Origin: Myxococcota bacterium
GTDB taxonomy: Bacteria; Myxococcota_A; UBA9160; SZUA-336
Reading direction: 5' to 3'
Length of the DNA stretch: 64,000 bases
NCBI GenBank assembly: GCA_965247115.1
Contig: CBDFGR010000003.1
Span: 1 to 64,000 of the forward strand
Shown piece by piece: positions 28,037 to 37,982 of this stretch (the first letter of the stretch is position 1; each line of letters begins with the position of its first letter). The position numbers were made by a program, and so were the translations under genes. The notes beneath the pieces were generated by a model. That model was not told the DNA's origin, searched no databases, and saw only the letters and a program-made list of their open reading frames with translations.

Positions 28037-28690
28037 TCAGAGGTTGCCGGACAGTCGCGCCGCCTGCGCCCTCTGCACGGCAAGGTTGACGCGAGCGAGA
28101 GCGGACTTGAGTGTGGCCGTCTTCCTCTCGTCGTCGATCGCCCGGATTCCATAGCGCATATTCTTGCCGTACTCGCGCGCGCTCTGGACCACGACCGTAC
28201 CCAGAATCGAGTCCCCGTCGTGGTACAGCGTCGCCTGCATCGTCTGACCGATCTGGTACTGGGCGGTCGAGAAGACTGCGAAGCCCGTGGCGCTCACGTC
28301 GAGCACCTCGCAAAGCTCGGGATCCTCACCGAGCTGAGCCTTGATACCCGTCGCGTAGCACGAGACCCGGTAGCACTCGCGGCTCTCAGCGGAGACCGGA
28401 TCTCCCGTCGTCTCGAGCTCCATCGAGAGCCCGCTCTCCTCCGTCTGCACCGAGGAGAGCACACGCACTGGCTGCTGCATGAAGCGGCGGTTGACCTCGT
28501 AGTAGGCGATGACTTCAGCGCCATCCTCCAGCTCGAAACCCTGGACTTCGAAGGCGATGGTGAACCCCTTGGCCGAGATGGCCGACACCTTCCCGGCATG
28601 GAGCTTCGAGTGCTCCGGAGTCCGCACGAAGACGTCCATTTCGGTCTTCATCTTGGAACTCCTATGGGCGGGTCCGAGCCTCGCCTCCAC
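28037..28690 (-). CDS. PilZ-domain protein (start uncertain)
   Basis: RECYR and DVSATG c-di-GMP motifs. Confidence 0.8.
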   Translation of the reverse strand: MEARLGPAHRSSKMKTEMDVFVRTPEHSKLHAGKVSAISAKGFTIAFEVQGFELEDGAEVIAYYEVNRRFMQQPVRVLSSVQTEESGLSMELETTGDPVSAESRECYRVSCYATGIKAQLGEDPELCEVLDVSATGFAVFSTAQYQIGQTMQATLYHDGDSILGTVVVQSAREYGKNMRYGIRAIDDERKTATLKSALARVNLAVQRAQAARLSGNL

Positions 28691-28816
28691 GTACCTATCG
28701 GAGTCTTCTGACTGGAGTGAAGCCCCGAAAGGAGCTCGCGCGAGGGAGCTTTGGCGCTCAGTCGATGATCGCGGGGTAGATCAGGCTCTGTAGCTGGCCC
28801 CGACCTCCCGCCGCTT

Positions 28817-29467
28817 CTACGCTCGCATGCCAGCGGCAATGGCAGCAGGATGCAGGCTCTGCTCGGCGCTGGGCCGCGCGGCGACCCGACCGAACCAGGC
28901 GTCCACGTTCTTCTGCTCCGGGTCGCGCGACTGACCAACGCCAGCTCCGAAGTCGAGAGCACAGTAGAGCACGATGTCGGCGAGCGTGAAGCGGTCGCCC
29001 GCGATCCAGGACTTCCCTCTCAGCAGCTCATCCAGCCAGGCCAGCCGCTCCTGGACAATGGCTTTCAGATCATCCGCCGCCTGCGGAATGACGTGGACTC
29101 GGTCCTTGAACATGTCCAGTCCTTCGCCGTAGCGAAAGCCGTTGTAGAGATTCTCGGTGATGTTCAGCTCTATGCGCCGCACCCACATGCGCGTCTCCGC
29201 TTTCTCTTCGGGGTTCGCGCCGACCAGGGGCGGCGTCGGATGCTTGTCCTCCATGTACTCGCAGATCGCCACCGTCTCGGAGAGCACCCTGCCATCGTCG
29301 AGTCCGATGCTCGGCATCTGGCCGGTCGGGTTCTTGGCTGTGTACGGGGCTCGACGATTCTCGCCTGCAATGATGTCGATCTCCTCCGCCGGAACCTCGA
29401 TCCCCTTTTCGAGCATGAACATGCGTACGAGTCGTGGATTCGGGCCGAGCGAGTTATAGAATTTCAT
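28817..29467 (-). CDS. Glutathione S-transferase
   Basis: GPNPR, KNPTGQMP, LSETVAICEY, FTLADI. Confidence 0.95.
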   Translation of the reverse strand: MKFYNSLGPNPRLVRMFMLEKGIEVPAEEIDIIAGENRRAPYTAKNPTGQMPSIGLDDGRVLSETVAICEYMEDKHPTPPLVGANPEEKAETRMWVRRIELNITENLYNGFRYGEGLDMFKDRVHVIPQAADDLKAIVQERLAWLDELLRGKSWIAGDRFTLADIVLYCALDFGAGVGQSRDPEQKNVDAWFGRVAARPSAEQSLHPAAIAAGMRA

Positions 29468-29547
29468 CGGGGGCCTCCTTGTGGCTCCAAGCTTAACCCG
29501 AGAGCAGGCAGCGAGGAAAGCCCGCCGGGCAAGGCGGAGGAAGAACC

Positions 29548-29799
29548 GTGACCTACACGTCGATCACAGTGGAGCCCATCGCCGCGGCGCTCGGGGGCCC
29601 AGATCCACGGAGTGGACCTGTCCGGGCCGCTCGACGACACGACGATCAAGGAGATCCGGGGCGCGTGGCTGGAGCACCAGGTCCTCTTCCTCCGGGATCA
29701 AGAGATCGACATCGAGCAGCACAAGGCATATGCCCGGCGCTTTGGCGTGGCCGCAGGCGCATGGAGCGGGTGACGCTCAAGGGCGACAAGCCCTTCTGA
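29548..29799 (+). pseudogene. TauD-family dioxygenase remnant (frameshift plus large internal deletion)
   Basis: ITVEPIAAALG / IHGVDLSGPLDD...WLEHQVLFLRDQ...YARRFG joined to the terminal RRRMERVTLKGDKPF. Confidence 0.85.
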
Positions 29800-29891
29800 G
29801 GCCCGCCGGGCGGATTCGCGAGCTTTGGCCCTCGAATCACTGCGGTGTGCGGCGAGCTAGGATAGAGCCGCTGTAAACGGAAGGAGAGATC

Positions 29892-30887
29892 ATGGCTGTG
29901 GCTACGCAGAGCTGGTTGGATCTGACGCGCGAGGAGCCGCTCGAGCTCGAGATCTGCGACCCTCACCACCACCTGTGGGACCGCCCCGAGAGCCGCTACA
30001 TGCTGGAGGACCTTGTTGCAGACGCGGAAGGCCACCGCGTCACCAGGACCGTGTTCGTGGAGTGCATGTCGATGTACAACGCGGACGTCGCCGAGGCGCT
30101 CCGGCCCGTGGGAGAGACCGAGTTCGTGCAGGGCGTTGCCGCCATGAGCGCGAGCGGCGCGTTCGGCGCCATGCGCGCGGCCGCAGGCATCGTGAGCTTC
30201 GCAGACCTCGCTTTGGGAGCGGGGGTGGACGAGGTGCTGGAGGCCCACGTGCAGGCCAGCCAGAACCGCTTCCGCGGTATTCGTCACGCGAGCGGCTGGC
30301 ACGCGAGCGACGCGGTCCGGAACTCGCACACCCGACCACCCGAGGGGCTGCTCCTGGATGCAGGCTTCCGACAGGGCTTCGCGTGCCTGGAGAAGCGCGG
30401 CCTCGTCTTCGATGCCTGGCTATACCACACGCAGCTCCTCGACCTGGTCGACCTCGCGCAGGCCTTCGAGGGCACCACCATCATCCTCGACCACGTCGGC
30501 GGTCCGCTCGGAATCGGTCCCCATGCGGGCCGACGCGAGGAGGTGTTCGAAGTCTGGAAAGCCGGGATCGACGCACTGGGCCAGTGCCCGAACGTGGTCG
30601 TCAAGCTCGGCGGGATGACCATGCCCATCTGCGGTTTCGACTTCCACCAGCGCGACAAGCCCCCAAGCTCCGTGGAGCTCGCGGACCTGTTGGGCCCGTA
30701 CTATCGGTTCTGCATCGACCGCTTCGGCCCCGAGCGCTGCATGTTCGAGAGCAACTTCCCCGTGGACAAGGCGTCTTGCTCCTACGGCGTCTTGTGGAAC
30801 GCTTTCAAGCGCATCGCGGCGGGATTCTCGACGGGGGAACGGGCCGCGCTGTTCCACGACACCGCGGCCCGGGTATATCGGCTGTAG
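29892..30887 (+). CDS. Amidohydrolase_2 family protein
   Basis: DPHHHLW, RGIRH, ILDHVG, MFESNFPVD. Confidence 0.92.
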   Translation: MAVATQSWLDLTREEPLELEICDPHHHLWDRPESRYMLEDLVADAEGHRVTRTVFVECMSMYNADVAEALRPVGETEFVQGVAAMSASGAFGAMRAAAGIVSFADLALGAGVDEVLEAHVQASQNRFRGIRHASGWHASDAVRNSHTRPPEGLLLDAGFRQGFACLEKRGLVFDAWLYHTQLLDLVDLAQAFEGTTIILDHVGGPLGIGPHAGRREEVFEVWKAGIDALGQCPNVVVKLGGMTMPICGFDFHQRDKPPSSVELADLLGPYYRFCIDRFGPERCMFESNFPVDKASCSYGVLWNAFKRIAAGFSTGERAALFHDTAARVYRL

Positions 30888-30912
30888 GGGAAAAGGGGAG
30901 TCCAGGTGACCG

Positions 30913-30939
30913 GGGATCCGGGGGGTAACCCCGGATCCC
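30913..30939. terminator. GC hairpin between convergent genes, probable terminator
   Basis: gggatccgggg-ggtaa-ccccggatccc, perfect 11-bp stem; no immediate U-tract. Confidence 0.5.
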
Positions 30940-30965
30940 AGCGGTCGTTCGGACTTCAGGGCGAC

Positions 30966-31574
30966 CTAGAAGACCTCCAGGCCGAAGTTCGCGTTGTCAC
31001 AAGGTCCAACCTGATGCTGCATGGCGACGGCCGCACCCGTGGTCTGGGTGAGCTGACGGTTCAGCACGGTCGTGCAGCCCTGCGTCGCGCCGATCGTGAA
31101 GTTGTTCTTCAGATCGGGCTTCTGGAGGCCCCAGATGTTCAGCGTTCCGTCACCGTCGATGTCCGAGTTGCCGACCGCAAAGAACTGGTTGCTCGGCGGC
31201 GGGGCGTTCGTGGCAACGATGTAGTTAAAGTACACGTCGCCCTCCGGCTCCCAACCGATGAAGCAGTAGCCCGGATCGCCGGCCTGCGGCGGCGAGTTCG
31301 GACAGACGGTCCAGGCCGCCTTCTGCGAGTTGGGAGCTCCAGCCGGGGTCTGGCCCCAGTTCTGGAAGGTCCCGAGCTCTGCAAAGTAGGCTTCCTGCGC
31401 CGTGCGGATCGCGGCCAGGTTGAGCTTGCCCTCGCCCGCCTTCGATCGCAGCTGGAACTTCAGGAAGTTCGGAATCGCGATCGCTGCCAGAATCCCGATG
31501 ATCGCGACGACGATCATCAACTCGATCAGGGTAAACCCCTGCTTCTTCTTGAGCTTGTTGACCAATGAAATCAT
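30966..31574 (-). CDS. pilA: Type IVa major pilin
   Basis: KKQG/FTLIELMIVVAIIGILAAIAIPNF prepilin site; DIDGDG motif. Confidence 0.93.
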   Translation of the reverse strand: MISLVNKLKKKQGFTLIELMIVVAIIGILAAIAIPNFLKFQLRSKAGEGKLNLAAIRTAQEAYFAELGTFQNWGQTPAGAPNSQKAAWTVCPNSPPQAGDPGYCFIGWEPEGDVYFNYIVATNAPPPSNQFFAVGNSDIDGDGTLNIWGLQKPDLKNNFTIGATQGCTTVLNRQLTQTTGAAVAMQHQVGPCDNANFGLEVF

Positions 31575-31657
31575 GTTGTCTCCTCAGTTACGTCTTCGAG
31601 TACCCGCGCGGGCGTATCTGGAGGTACGCTTCGCGCAACTTCTTGATGGGGCCCTTG

Positions 31658-31674
31658 AGCAAGGGTCGTGCCCA
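31658..31674 (-). promoter_or_regulatory. Sigma54 promoter of pilA
   Basis: Minus strand TGGGCACGACCCTTGCT matches GGCACG-N4-TTGC with correct -24/-12 spacing. Confidence 0.8.
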
Positions 31675-31867
31675 GACCTGGGCGGGCACATCTCGCGGCG
31701 GCAAGTGCCGAGGTGATCGGCCCGACTCTGCTCGCGAATCGCCTTGTCAGGAGCAGCGCTAGACCGGACGCCGGAGGTGACACTGAGCGCGCCTCGAGAC
31801 GACGGATTTCGTCACCCGCCTGCCTGGTGGTCCGGACCGACACAGCTTCGTGGCGGGCAGCGGGCCT

Positions 31868-31885
31868 GAGCAAGCGGCCTTGCTC
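31868..31885. promoter_or_regulatory. Palindromic site GAGCAAG-CGGC-CTTGCTC
   Basis: Core GCAAG-N4-CTTGC also occurs twice at 38596-38632. Confidence 0.65.
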
Positions 31886-31924
31886 GACCTAAAGCAGGAG
31901 TACCGCGCCGCAGATACACAGGGT

Positions 31925-32260
31925 ATGGGCGGTCTGCAGCGTTCGACACCGAGATACAAGGTCCCGGCCCGTATTCAGTACGCGAGCGGCGAGCGGGAGG
32001 GCAGCGGTAGAATCGCGAACATCTCCTTCTCCGGGGCGCTGATCGAGCCCGCCTCTCCAACACCCTCGCCGGGCACCCCACTCGGTTTGCGCGCGTCGTG
32101 TCTCGCGTTCGCGGGCGAGCTCTCATCCGAGGTCGTGCGCACGACGCACTCCGGCTTCGCCGTCCGTTTCACCGAGCTGGACCCCGAAGCCCTCGCTGCA
32201 CTGCGCAGGCTACTCAGTCTTGCCGAGCTGAGGGTGGGATCCTCCCCGCGAACACCGTAG
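31925..32260 (+). CDS. Stand-alone PilZ-domain protein
   Basis: RSTPR and NISFSG motifs, GFAVRF. Confidence 0.85.
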   Translation: MGGLQRSTPRYKVPARIQYASGEREGSGRIANISFSGALIEPASPTPSPGTPLGLRASCLAFAGELSSEVVRTTHSGFAVRFTELDPEALAALRRLLSLAELRVGSSPRTP

Positions 32261-32382
32261 CTTTCTTCCCACGCCGAGGCGCACGAGCTGCGTTCCACGA
32301 CAGCTCTCCACTCGACCCTTGGTAGCCCCGCTTCTACGAAGTGATATGGTGGCAGCTGCCGATAGGGACGGAGATACGAGCG

Positions 32383-34611
32383 ATGGATGAGGTGTCGGGT
32401 CGAGCCTGCGCCCTGATCCTCGAGTCCGCTCTGGAGAGGGGCGGAACGGAGGCCGTACTTCTCGACGGCCTCTCGTTCAGATCCGGTGAGCTGCGTCGTC
32501 CACACAGCCGCATCGACTGGGAAGAGTTCACCATCTTCCTCGAGCGCTGTCGCACCTGCCTCGGCGGCATGGAGGCACTCGACGAGCTCGGTGCCCTGCA
32601 CGTGGGCCAGCCCTGGCCGTCCCTGGCACGATCGCTCGCGAAAGGGGTCGCGAGCGCTGCTGGACTGTACGCGCTCGGTCAGTGGAACGGACCCGCGAAC
32701 TTCTCGTGCACGCGCGTCGAGCTGGAGAAGCTCTCGAACGGACGCATCCTGCAGACCTTGGAGATCCTTCCCGGGTTCCGGGATTCCCCCGAGTTCTTCT
32801 ACGGCATGCGCGGGATCATTCGCGCCACGCCGCGGATGCTGGGGCAGCCCGATGCCGTCGTGGAGATGACGCTCACCACGCGCCGCGCGCGCTACGAGAT
32901 CACGCCGCCGCCCTCGCGCACGTGGTGGGCGCGCGCTCGTCGCCACATTTCTCGCAACGCATGGCTCACGGGAGCGCTGAAGGAGCTGAGCTTCCAGGAC
33001 TCGATGCTGCGCGAGAGCGAGCAGGAGAACCGCCAGACGGCACTGGCCTTGGACGAGAAATCGCGCCAGCTCGACAGCCTGAACGAGCTCGGCAGTCGGC
33101 TGGCGCAGCACCTCAGCATCGACGAGCTCGCCTCCGCGGTCACCAAGCTGCTCGAGGAGCACTTCAAGGTTGCAGGTCTGGTCTTCTGGGCGCGCGAGGC
33201 CGAGGGCGATGGTCTGGAAGAGGTGAGGCGCTCGGGCGACACCACCGGGGGGCCCGCACGTCGGATGGATCTGCACACAGCTGGGCGACGCGTCGGCGGG
33301 CTCTGGCTGTGGGAAGGCAGCGAGCAGCCTCGGAGCAGCGACGACGGGCGACTCGATTCTCTCGCCTCCTGGATCGCGCTGGCGGTCGACAACGCGCGCA
33401 CCTTCGAGACGCTGTCTCGTCAGACCCGGCGCCTCGAGCGCGAGATCGAGATCCGCAAGCGCACCGAGCAGCAGCTGTTCCAGGCCCAGAAGCTCGAGGC
33501 CCTCGGCGTGCTGGCTGGTGGGATCGCACACGACTTCAACAACATCCTGACGGCGATCCGAGGCTACGCCGAGCTCGCTGCGGAGCGTGTGGCCGCCGAC
33601 GAGACCTTGAGTCGAGATCTCGACGAGATTCGCATCGCCGGCGACCGCGGGTCGGCGCTCATCGCCCAGCTTCTGCTGTTCAGCAGGCGACAGATTCAGG
33701 AGCTGAGCCACGTCGATGTGAACCGCGTGATCGCGGGAATCGAGCGGCTGCTGCGGCGGCTGCTCGGAGAAACCATCGAGCTCGAGATCGCGTGGGGCTC
33801 AGACTTGCCGCCGGTTCTGGCGGATCCCGCGCAGCTCGAGCAAGTCATCGTGAATCTCGTGGTGAACAGCCGCGATGCGCTCCTGGGTGGGGGTCGAGTC
33901 GCCATCACGACATCGTGCGCTCCAGTCGGCACGGGAGCGGTCGTGCGGATCGTGGTCCAGGACGAAGGCACCGGGATGAGCGAGGAGACACGTGCCAAGG
34001 CCTTCGAGCCCTTCTTCACAACGAAAGCGCCGGGACGAGGATCGGGCCTCGGGCTGGCGACGGTCCACGGAATCGTGAGCCAGACCGGCGGCAGCGTGGA
34101 CGTGCAGAGCGAGCTCGGCCGCGGTACGACCGTCGTCGTCGAGCTGCCCGCATCAGAGGGCGAGGTCGAGCGGACGAGCGACGTCGAGCTGGCGACGACG
34201 CGCACCCGAGGGAGCGAGACGGTGCTGCTCGTCGAAGACGACACCCAGGTGCTGGAGGTCGGACGTCAGATCCTGGAGGGCCATGGCTACCAGGTCATCG
34301 CGTGCAGCTCCCCCGTCGAAGCGCTGGAACACTGCCAGTCAGAGGTCCAGCCAATCGACGTGCTGGTCGCGGACGTGGTGATGCCCCAGATGAACGGAAT
34401 CGAGCTCGCGCGGCGCCTCCGCCTGCTGGTCCCGGAGCTCCGCAACGTCTGGATGTCGGGGTATGCGCGGGATGACCTGCGGGGCGACCAGGACCCGGCC
34501 GGCATCTTCGTGAGAAAGCCGTTCACTTCCGAGACATTGCTCCTCGCCATACGCCGCACGCTTGCCATCGAGGGGGAGAGCGGCGACAAGCCCGACGAGG
34601 CTCCCGCGTAG
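32383..34611 (+). CDS. Soluble hybrid histidine kinase (N-terminal sensor, GAF-like, HisKA, HATPase, REC)
   Basis: LAGGIAHDFNN, NLVVNSRDA, DEGTGM, FEPFFTTK, GSGLGL, LLVEDD/DVVMP/KPF; no obvious TM helix. Confidence 0.95.
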   Translation: MDEVSGRACALILESALERGGTEAVLLDGLSFRSGELRRPHSRIDWEEFTIFLERCRTCLGGMEALDELGALHVGQPWPSLARSLAKGVASAAGLYALGQWNGPANFSCTRVELEKLSNGRILQTLEILPGFRDSPEFFYGMRGIIRATPRMLGQPDAVVEMTLTTRRARYEITPPPSRTWWARARRHISRNAWLTGALKELSFQDSMLRESEQENRQTALALDEKSRQLDSLNELGSRLAQHLSIDELASAVTKLLEEHFKVAGLVFWAREAEGDGLEEVRRSGDTTGGPARRMDLHTAGRRVGGLWLWEGSEQPRSSDDGRLDSLASWIALAVDNARTFETLSRQTRRLEREIEIRKRTEQQLFQAQKLEALGVLAGGIAHDFNNILTAIRGYAELAAERVAADETLSRDLDEIRIAGDRGSALIAQLLLFSRRQIQELSHVDVNRVIAGIERLLRRLLGETIELEIAWGSDLPPVLADPAQLEQVIVNLVVNSRDALLGGGRVAITTSCAPVGTGAVVRIVVQDEGTGMSEETRAKAFEPFFTTKAPGRGSGLGLATVHGIVSQTGGSVDVQSELGRGTTVVVELPASEGEVERTSDVELATTRTRGSETVLLVEDDTQVLEVGRQILEGHGYQVIACSSPVEALEHCQSEVQPIDVLVADVVMPQMNGIELARRLRLLVPELRNVWMSGYARDDLRGDQDPAGIFVRKPFTSETLLLAIRRTLAIEGESGDKPDEAPA

Positions 34612-34671
34612 CCAGACGAGGCCCGACAGCCTCAACCTTTCGCAGCGACGCTCCGATCTCAGCTAGCTGAG

Positions 34672-37083
34672 ATGAGTTCGCCGAGGCGAGTGCTGGACGC
34701 GGTCGAGAAGAACGTGGCCGCTGGCACGGAACTCGGGATGCTGCTGTTGCAGGCCGAGGACGAGCGCCTCGACGGCCGGCACCTGCTCATTCGCGGGCGA
34801 CGTATGCTCGCGTTCACATCCTGCAGCTATCTAGGTCTGGAACTCGACCAACGACTGATCGAGGGCTGCATCGATGCCGTACGTCGCTACGGCACGCAGT
34901 TCTCGGCATCGCGGACCTACATCTCGGCTCCCGGCTACGAGGAGCTCGAAGCTCTGCTGGCACAGATATTCGGCGGCCCCGTACTGACCGCCCCGAGCAC
35001 CTCGCTCGCCCACCTGACAACGCTGCCCGCGCTGGTGAGCGAGCAAGACGCCGTACTCCTCGACCAGCACGTCCACGAGTCCGTCCAGATGGCGGTCGCA
35101 CAGCTTTCGGCACAGGGCACCACGGTGGAGCGGGTCCGCCACAGCCACATCGATCGGGTCGAATCTCGAGTCAGGGCGCTGGCTCCTCATTGCGAGCGCA
35201 TCTGGTACTGCTGCGACGGCGTTTACAGCATGCTCGGCGACTACGCCCCGATCCCGGAGCTCCTGACCCTGCGGAATACCTACGAGCAGCTCCACCTCTA
35301 CGTCGACGACGCACACGGGATCGGCTGGAGCGGGCCCCGCGGCTCCGGTACGGTCTTGAGCAGACTTCCCTCCCGTGAACGGGTCTTCGTCGCGGTGTCG
35401 CTCAACAAATCCTTTGGCGCCGCCGGTGGGGCCGTGGTGTTCCCGAGCGCCCAGCTGCGTGATCGCGTGCGGCTGCGCGGTGGGCCCACACGCTACTCGG
35501 GGCCGATCCAGCCGCCGATGCTGGGCGCGGCCCTGGCTTCTGCTCGCATCCATCTGTCCGAGGAGCTCCCGCGCCTGCAAGAAGAGCTGCAGGAACGTCT
35601 GCGTCGGCGCAACGAGCTCGCGGGGGAGTGGGATCTCCCCCTGGTCAGCGGGGGCGATGTCCCGCTGGGCTACCTGCGACTGGGATCTCCCCACCTTGCC
35701 CAGAGCCTCACGCAGCGTCTGCTCGAAGCCGGGATGTACACGAACGTGGCGAGCTTCCCAGCGGTGCCCCCGGACGCGGCCGGAGTGCGCTTCACGCTAA
35801 CGCGCCACCACTCTCTGGACGACGTCCACTGTCTACTCGCCCACGTAGCGGAGCTGCTCCCCCGGGTCAGGGGAGAGCGAGCCGGGCGGCGGACCCCGAC
35901 TCCCAGCGACAGCAGTTTGCACACGGTGAGCGCCGCGCCGCACCGCACGGCTGGCTGGACGTGTCAGCACGAGACCAGCGTGCACCAGATTGGGCGGGAT
36001 GAGTGGGACCGGCTGATGCGAGGCACCATCTGCTTCGACTCTGCGGGCCTGGCATCGCTGGAAACGATCTTCGCGGAGGGGAATCGGCCGGAAGATCGCT
36101 GGAACTTCCACTACTACGTGATCCGCGACGCACAGGGCAGGCCGGTTCTTGCGGCGCACTTTACCGACGCGCTGTGGAAAGACGACATGCTCGCGCCTGC
36201 CGAGGTCTCCGTCCTCGTCGAGAACGACCGGCTCCGCGACCGGTATCACCAGACCACGCGGGTGCTCGCAGCCGGCACGCTCCTCAGCGAGGGGGACCAC
36301 GTCTACCTCGATCGCTCGCGGGACTGGCGACGCGGCCTCCGGATCCTCCTCGAACATCTCGCCCTCGAGAGCTCTCGCTGCGGGGCGGGTCTGGTGGTGC
36401 TTCGAGATCTACCCGCCGGCGACGCGGAGCTCGATCGAGAGCTCGCCGGCTCCGGCTTTGCTCGCATCGACCTTGCCGAGGGGATGAACCTGGATATCGA
36501 CTGGGCTGACGAAGAGGAGTTCCTGGCGCGTCTGAGTCGTCGCGCTCGCCGCTTTCAAAAGCGCATGGTCCAGCCGTTTGATGAGAACTTCGAAGTGGAA
36601 GTCCTGGGGGCTCAAACGCGCGCTCCTTCCGACGCTGAGCTGCGACACCTCGACCAGCTCTACCGAAACGTCAAGGACCGGAGCCTGGCCCTGAATACGT
36701 TTGCTCTCCCCGAGTGCTTCCTGCCGCGGATCCTGCAGGTCCCTGGCTGGGAGGTACTCGCCCTCACGCTGCGCAACCGACCGGTGTCCGAGGCGCAGCT
36801 GCCGCACGGCTTCGTCGCGAGCTTCCGCCACGGCGTGCAATACGTGCCCCGGGTGATCGGGCTGGACTACCGCTTTGTGCGCTCTCACGGTCTGTACAGA
36901 CAGTCGATCCGGCACATGCTGCGTCGTGCCGAGTCGCTTGGCTGCAAGCGCATGCTCTGCGGGATTGGCGCGAAATACGAGAAGAGCCGCTTTGGAGCTC
37001 GCGCGGAGCAGCGGACGATCTACCTGCAGCAGGCGGATCAGCTCACCTGCCGCCCGGAGCAACCCGCCTTCTCCCGGTCATGA
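34672..37083 (+). CDS. PLP-dependent alpha-oxoamine synthase fused to a GNAT/FemAB-like domain
   Basis: SCSYLGL, DQHVHES, DGVYSMLGD, DDAHG, SLNKSFG; C-terminal part with WADEEEFLARLSRRAR, GLDY, YEKSRFGA. Confidence 0.88.
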   Translation: MSSPRRVLDAVEKNVAAGTELGMLLLQAEDERLDGRHLLIRGRRMLAFTSCSYLGLELDQRLIEGCIDAVRRYGTQFSASRTYISAPGYEELEALLAQIFGGPVLTAPSTSLAHLTTLPALVSEQDAVLLDQHVHESVQMAVAQLSAQGTTVERVRHSHIDRVESRVRALAPHCERIWYCCDGVYSMLGDYAPIPELLTLRNTYEQLHLYVDDAHGIGWSGPRGSGTVLSRLPSRERVFVAVSLNKSFGAAGGAVVFPSAQLRDRVRLRGGPTRYSGPIQPPMLGAALASARIHLSEELPRLQEELQERLRRRNELAGEWDLPLVSGGDVPLGYLRLGSPHLAQSLTQRLLEAGMYTNVASFPAVPPDAAGVRFTLTRHHSLDDVHCLLAHVAELLPRVRGERAGRRTPTPSDSSLHTVSAAPHRTAGWTCQHETSVHQIGRDEWDRLMRGTICFDSAGLASLETIFAEGNRPEDRWNFHYYVIRDAQGRPVLAAHFTDALWKDDMLAPAEVSVLVENDRLRDRYHQTTRVLAAGTLLSEGDHVYLDRSRDWRRGLRILLEHLALESSRCGAGLVVLRDLPAGDAELDRELAGSGFARIDLAEGMNLDIDWADEEEFLARLSRRARRFQKRMVQPFDENFEVEVLGAQTRAPSDAELRHLDQLYRNVKDRSLALNTFALPECFLPRILQVPGWEVLALTLRNRPVSEAQLPHGFVASFRHGVQYVPRVIGLDYRFVRSHGLYRQSIRHMLRRAESLGCKRMLCGIGAKYEKSRFGARAEQRTIYLQQADQLTCRPEQPAFSRS

Positions 37084-37982
37084 AACCGAGACCGCGGCCC
37101 GGGCGCGTCGCCCTCCTCTGCGCCGCAACCGCCCTGCTCCCGCTGTGCGTCGTGTACGCGAGCACCGAGCTGCGCCTGCGCCGCGTCTACACGGTGCCCC
37201 CGGTGACGCTCGAGGTACCCACCGACCCCGCGTCGATCGAGCGGGGCCAGCACCTGGTCCACGTGATCGCCCAATGCACGAACTGCCACGGCGAGGACCT
37301 TGGCGGTCGCTCCCTCGGGTCGAACCCGTGGCTAGGCCGGCTGTCTGCTCCGAACCTGACCCCCGGCCACGGGGGACTCGGGTCTCACAGCGACGAAGAG
37401 CTGGTCTGGAGCATCCGGTACGGCGTCGGCCGCGACCGTCGCGCTCTGGTGATGATGCCTGCCCAGTACCTGAGAAGGGTAGGCGACACAGACCTCGGAG
37501 CCATCGTGGCTTACCTCCGCTCCCTGGCTGCCGTGGACCGCGAGGTCGCGCCGTTTCGGGCGGGGCCACTGGCGCGCCTGCTCCTGTTCCTAGGTCGGGT
37601 GCCTGACGTGGTCCCTGCGGAGGCCGTGATCCAAGCCGGCGAGCCGACGCCCCCGCCACCGCCCGGCCCCACCATCGAGTACGGCGGCTACCTGGTCGAC
37701 ACTGCAGGGTGTCGGATCTGTCACCGTCACGACCTGTCTGGCGGGCTCCACCCTCTCTCGCTGCCGGGTGAGCCCCGGCCCCCCCGACTCACTCCAGAAG
37801 GACCGCTGGCGGCCTGGTCGGAGCGGGATTTCCTCCGCACGCTGCGGACCGGAACGACGCCCGATGGGCGCGGCCTGGATGAGGCGTACATGCCCTGGCG
37901 CCGTATCGGACGCATGTCGGACCCGGAGCTCAAGGCAATCTGGCGCTACCTGCGTTCGCTCGAGCCGACGCGGCCGGGTTAG
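37080..37982 (+). CDS. Membrane-anchored dihaem cytochrome c
   Basis: CTNCH and CRICH, APNLT, MPW; N-terminal hydrophobic helix; ATGA overlap with the synthase. Confidence 0.92.
   Translation: MKPRPRPGRVALLCAATALLPLCVVYASTELRLRRVYTVPPVTLEVPTDPASIERGQHLVHVIAQCTNCHGEDLGGRSLGSNPWLGRLSAPNLTPGHGGLGSHSDEELVWSIRYGVGRDRRALVMMPAQYLRRVGDTDLGAIVAYLRSLAAVDREVAPFRAGPLARLLLFLGRVPDVVPAEAVIQAGEPTPPPPPGPTIEYGGYLVDTAGCRICHRHDLSGGLHPLSLPGEPRPPRLTPEGPLAAWSERDFLRTLRTGTTPDGRGLDEAYMPWRRIGRMSDPELKAIWRYLRSLEPTRPG

Noticed and set aside
30966..31574. Electrically conductive pilin
   Set aside because: Aromatics at positions 1, 24, 27, 50, 51 and 57 and 20 of 189 residues F/Y/W by my count, but there is a 37-residue gap, such positions are common in deltaproteobacterial pilins, and the criterion is disputed
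34672..37083. Plain bioF annotation
   Set aside because: About 370 extra C-terminal residues, no bio genes nearby, and a signalling context
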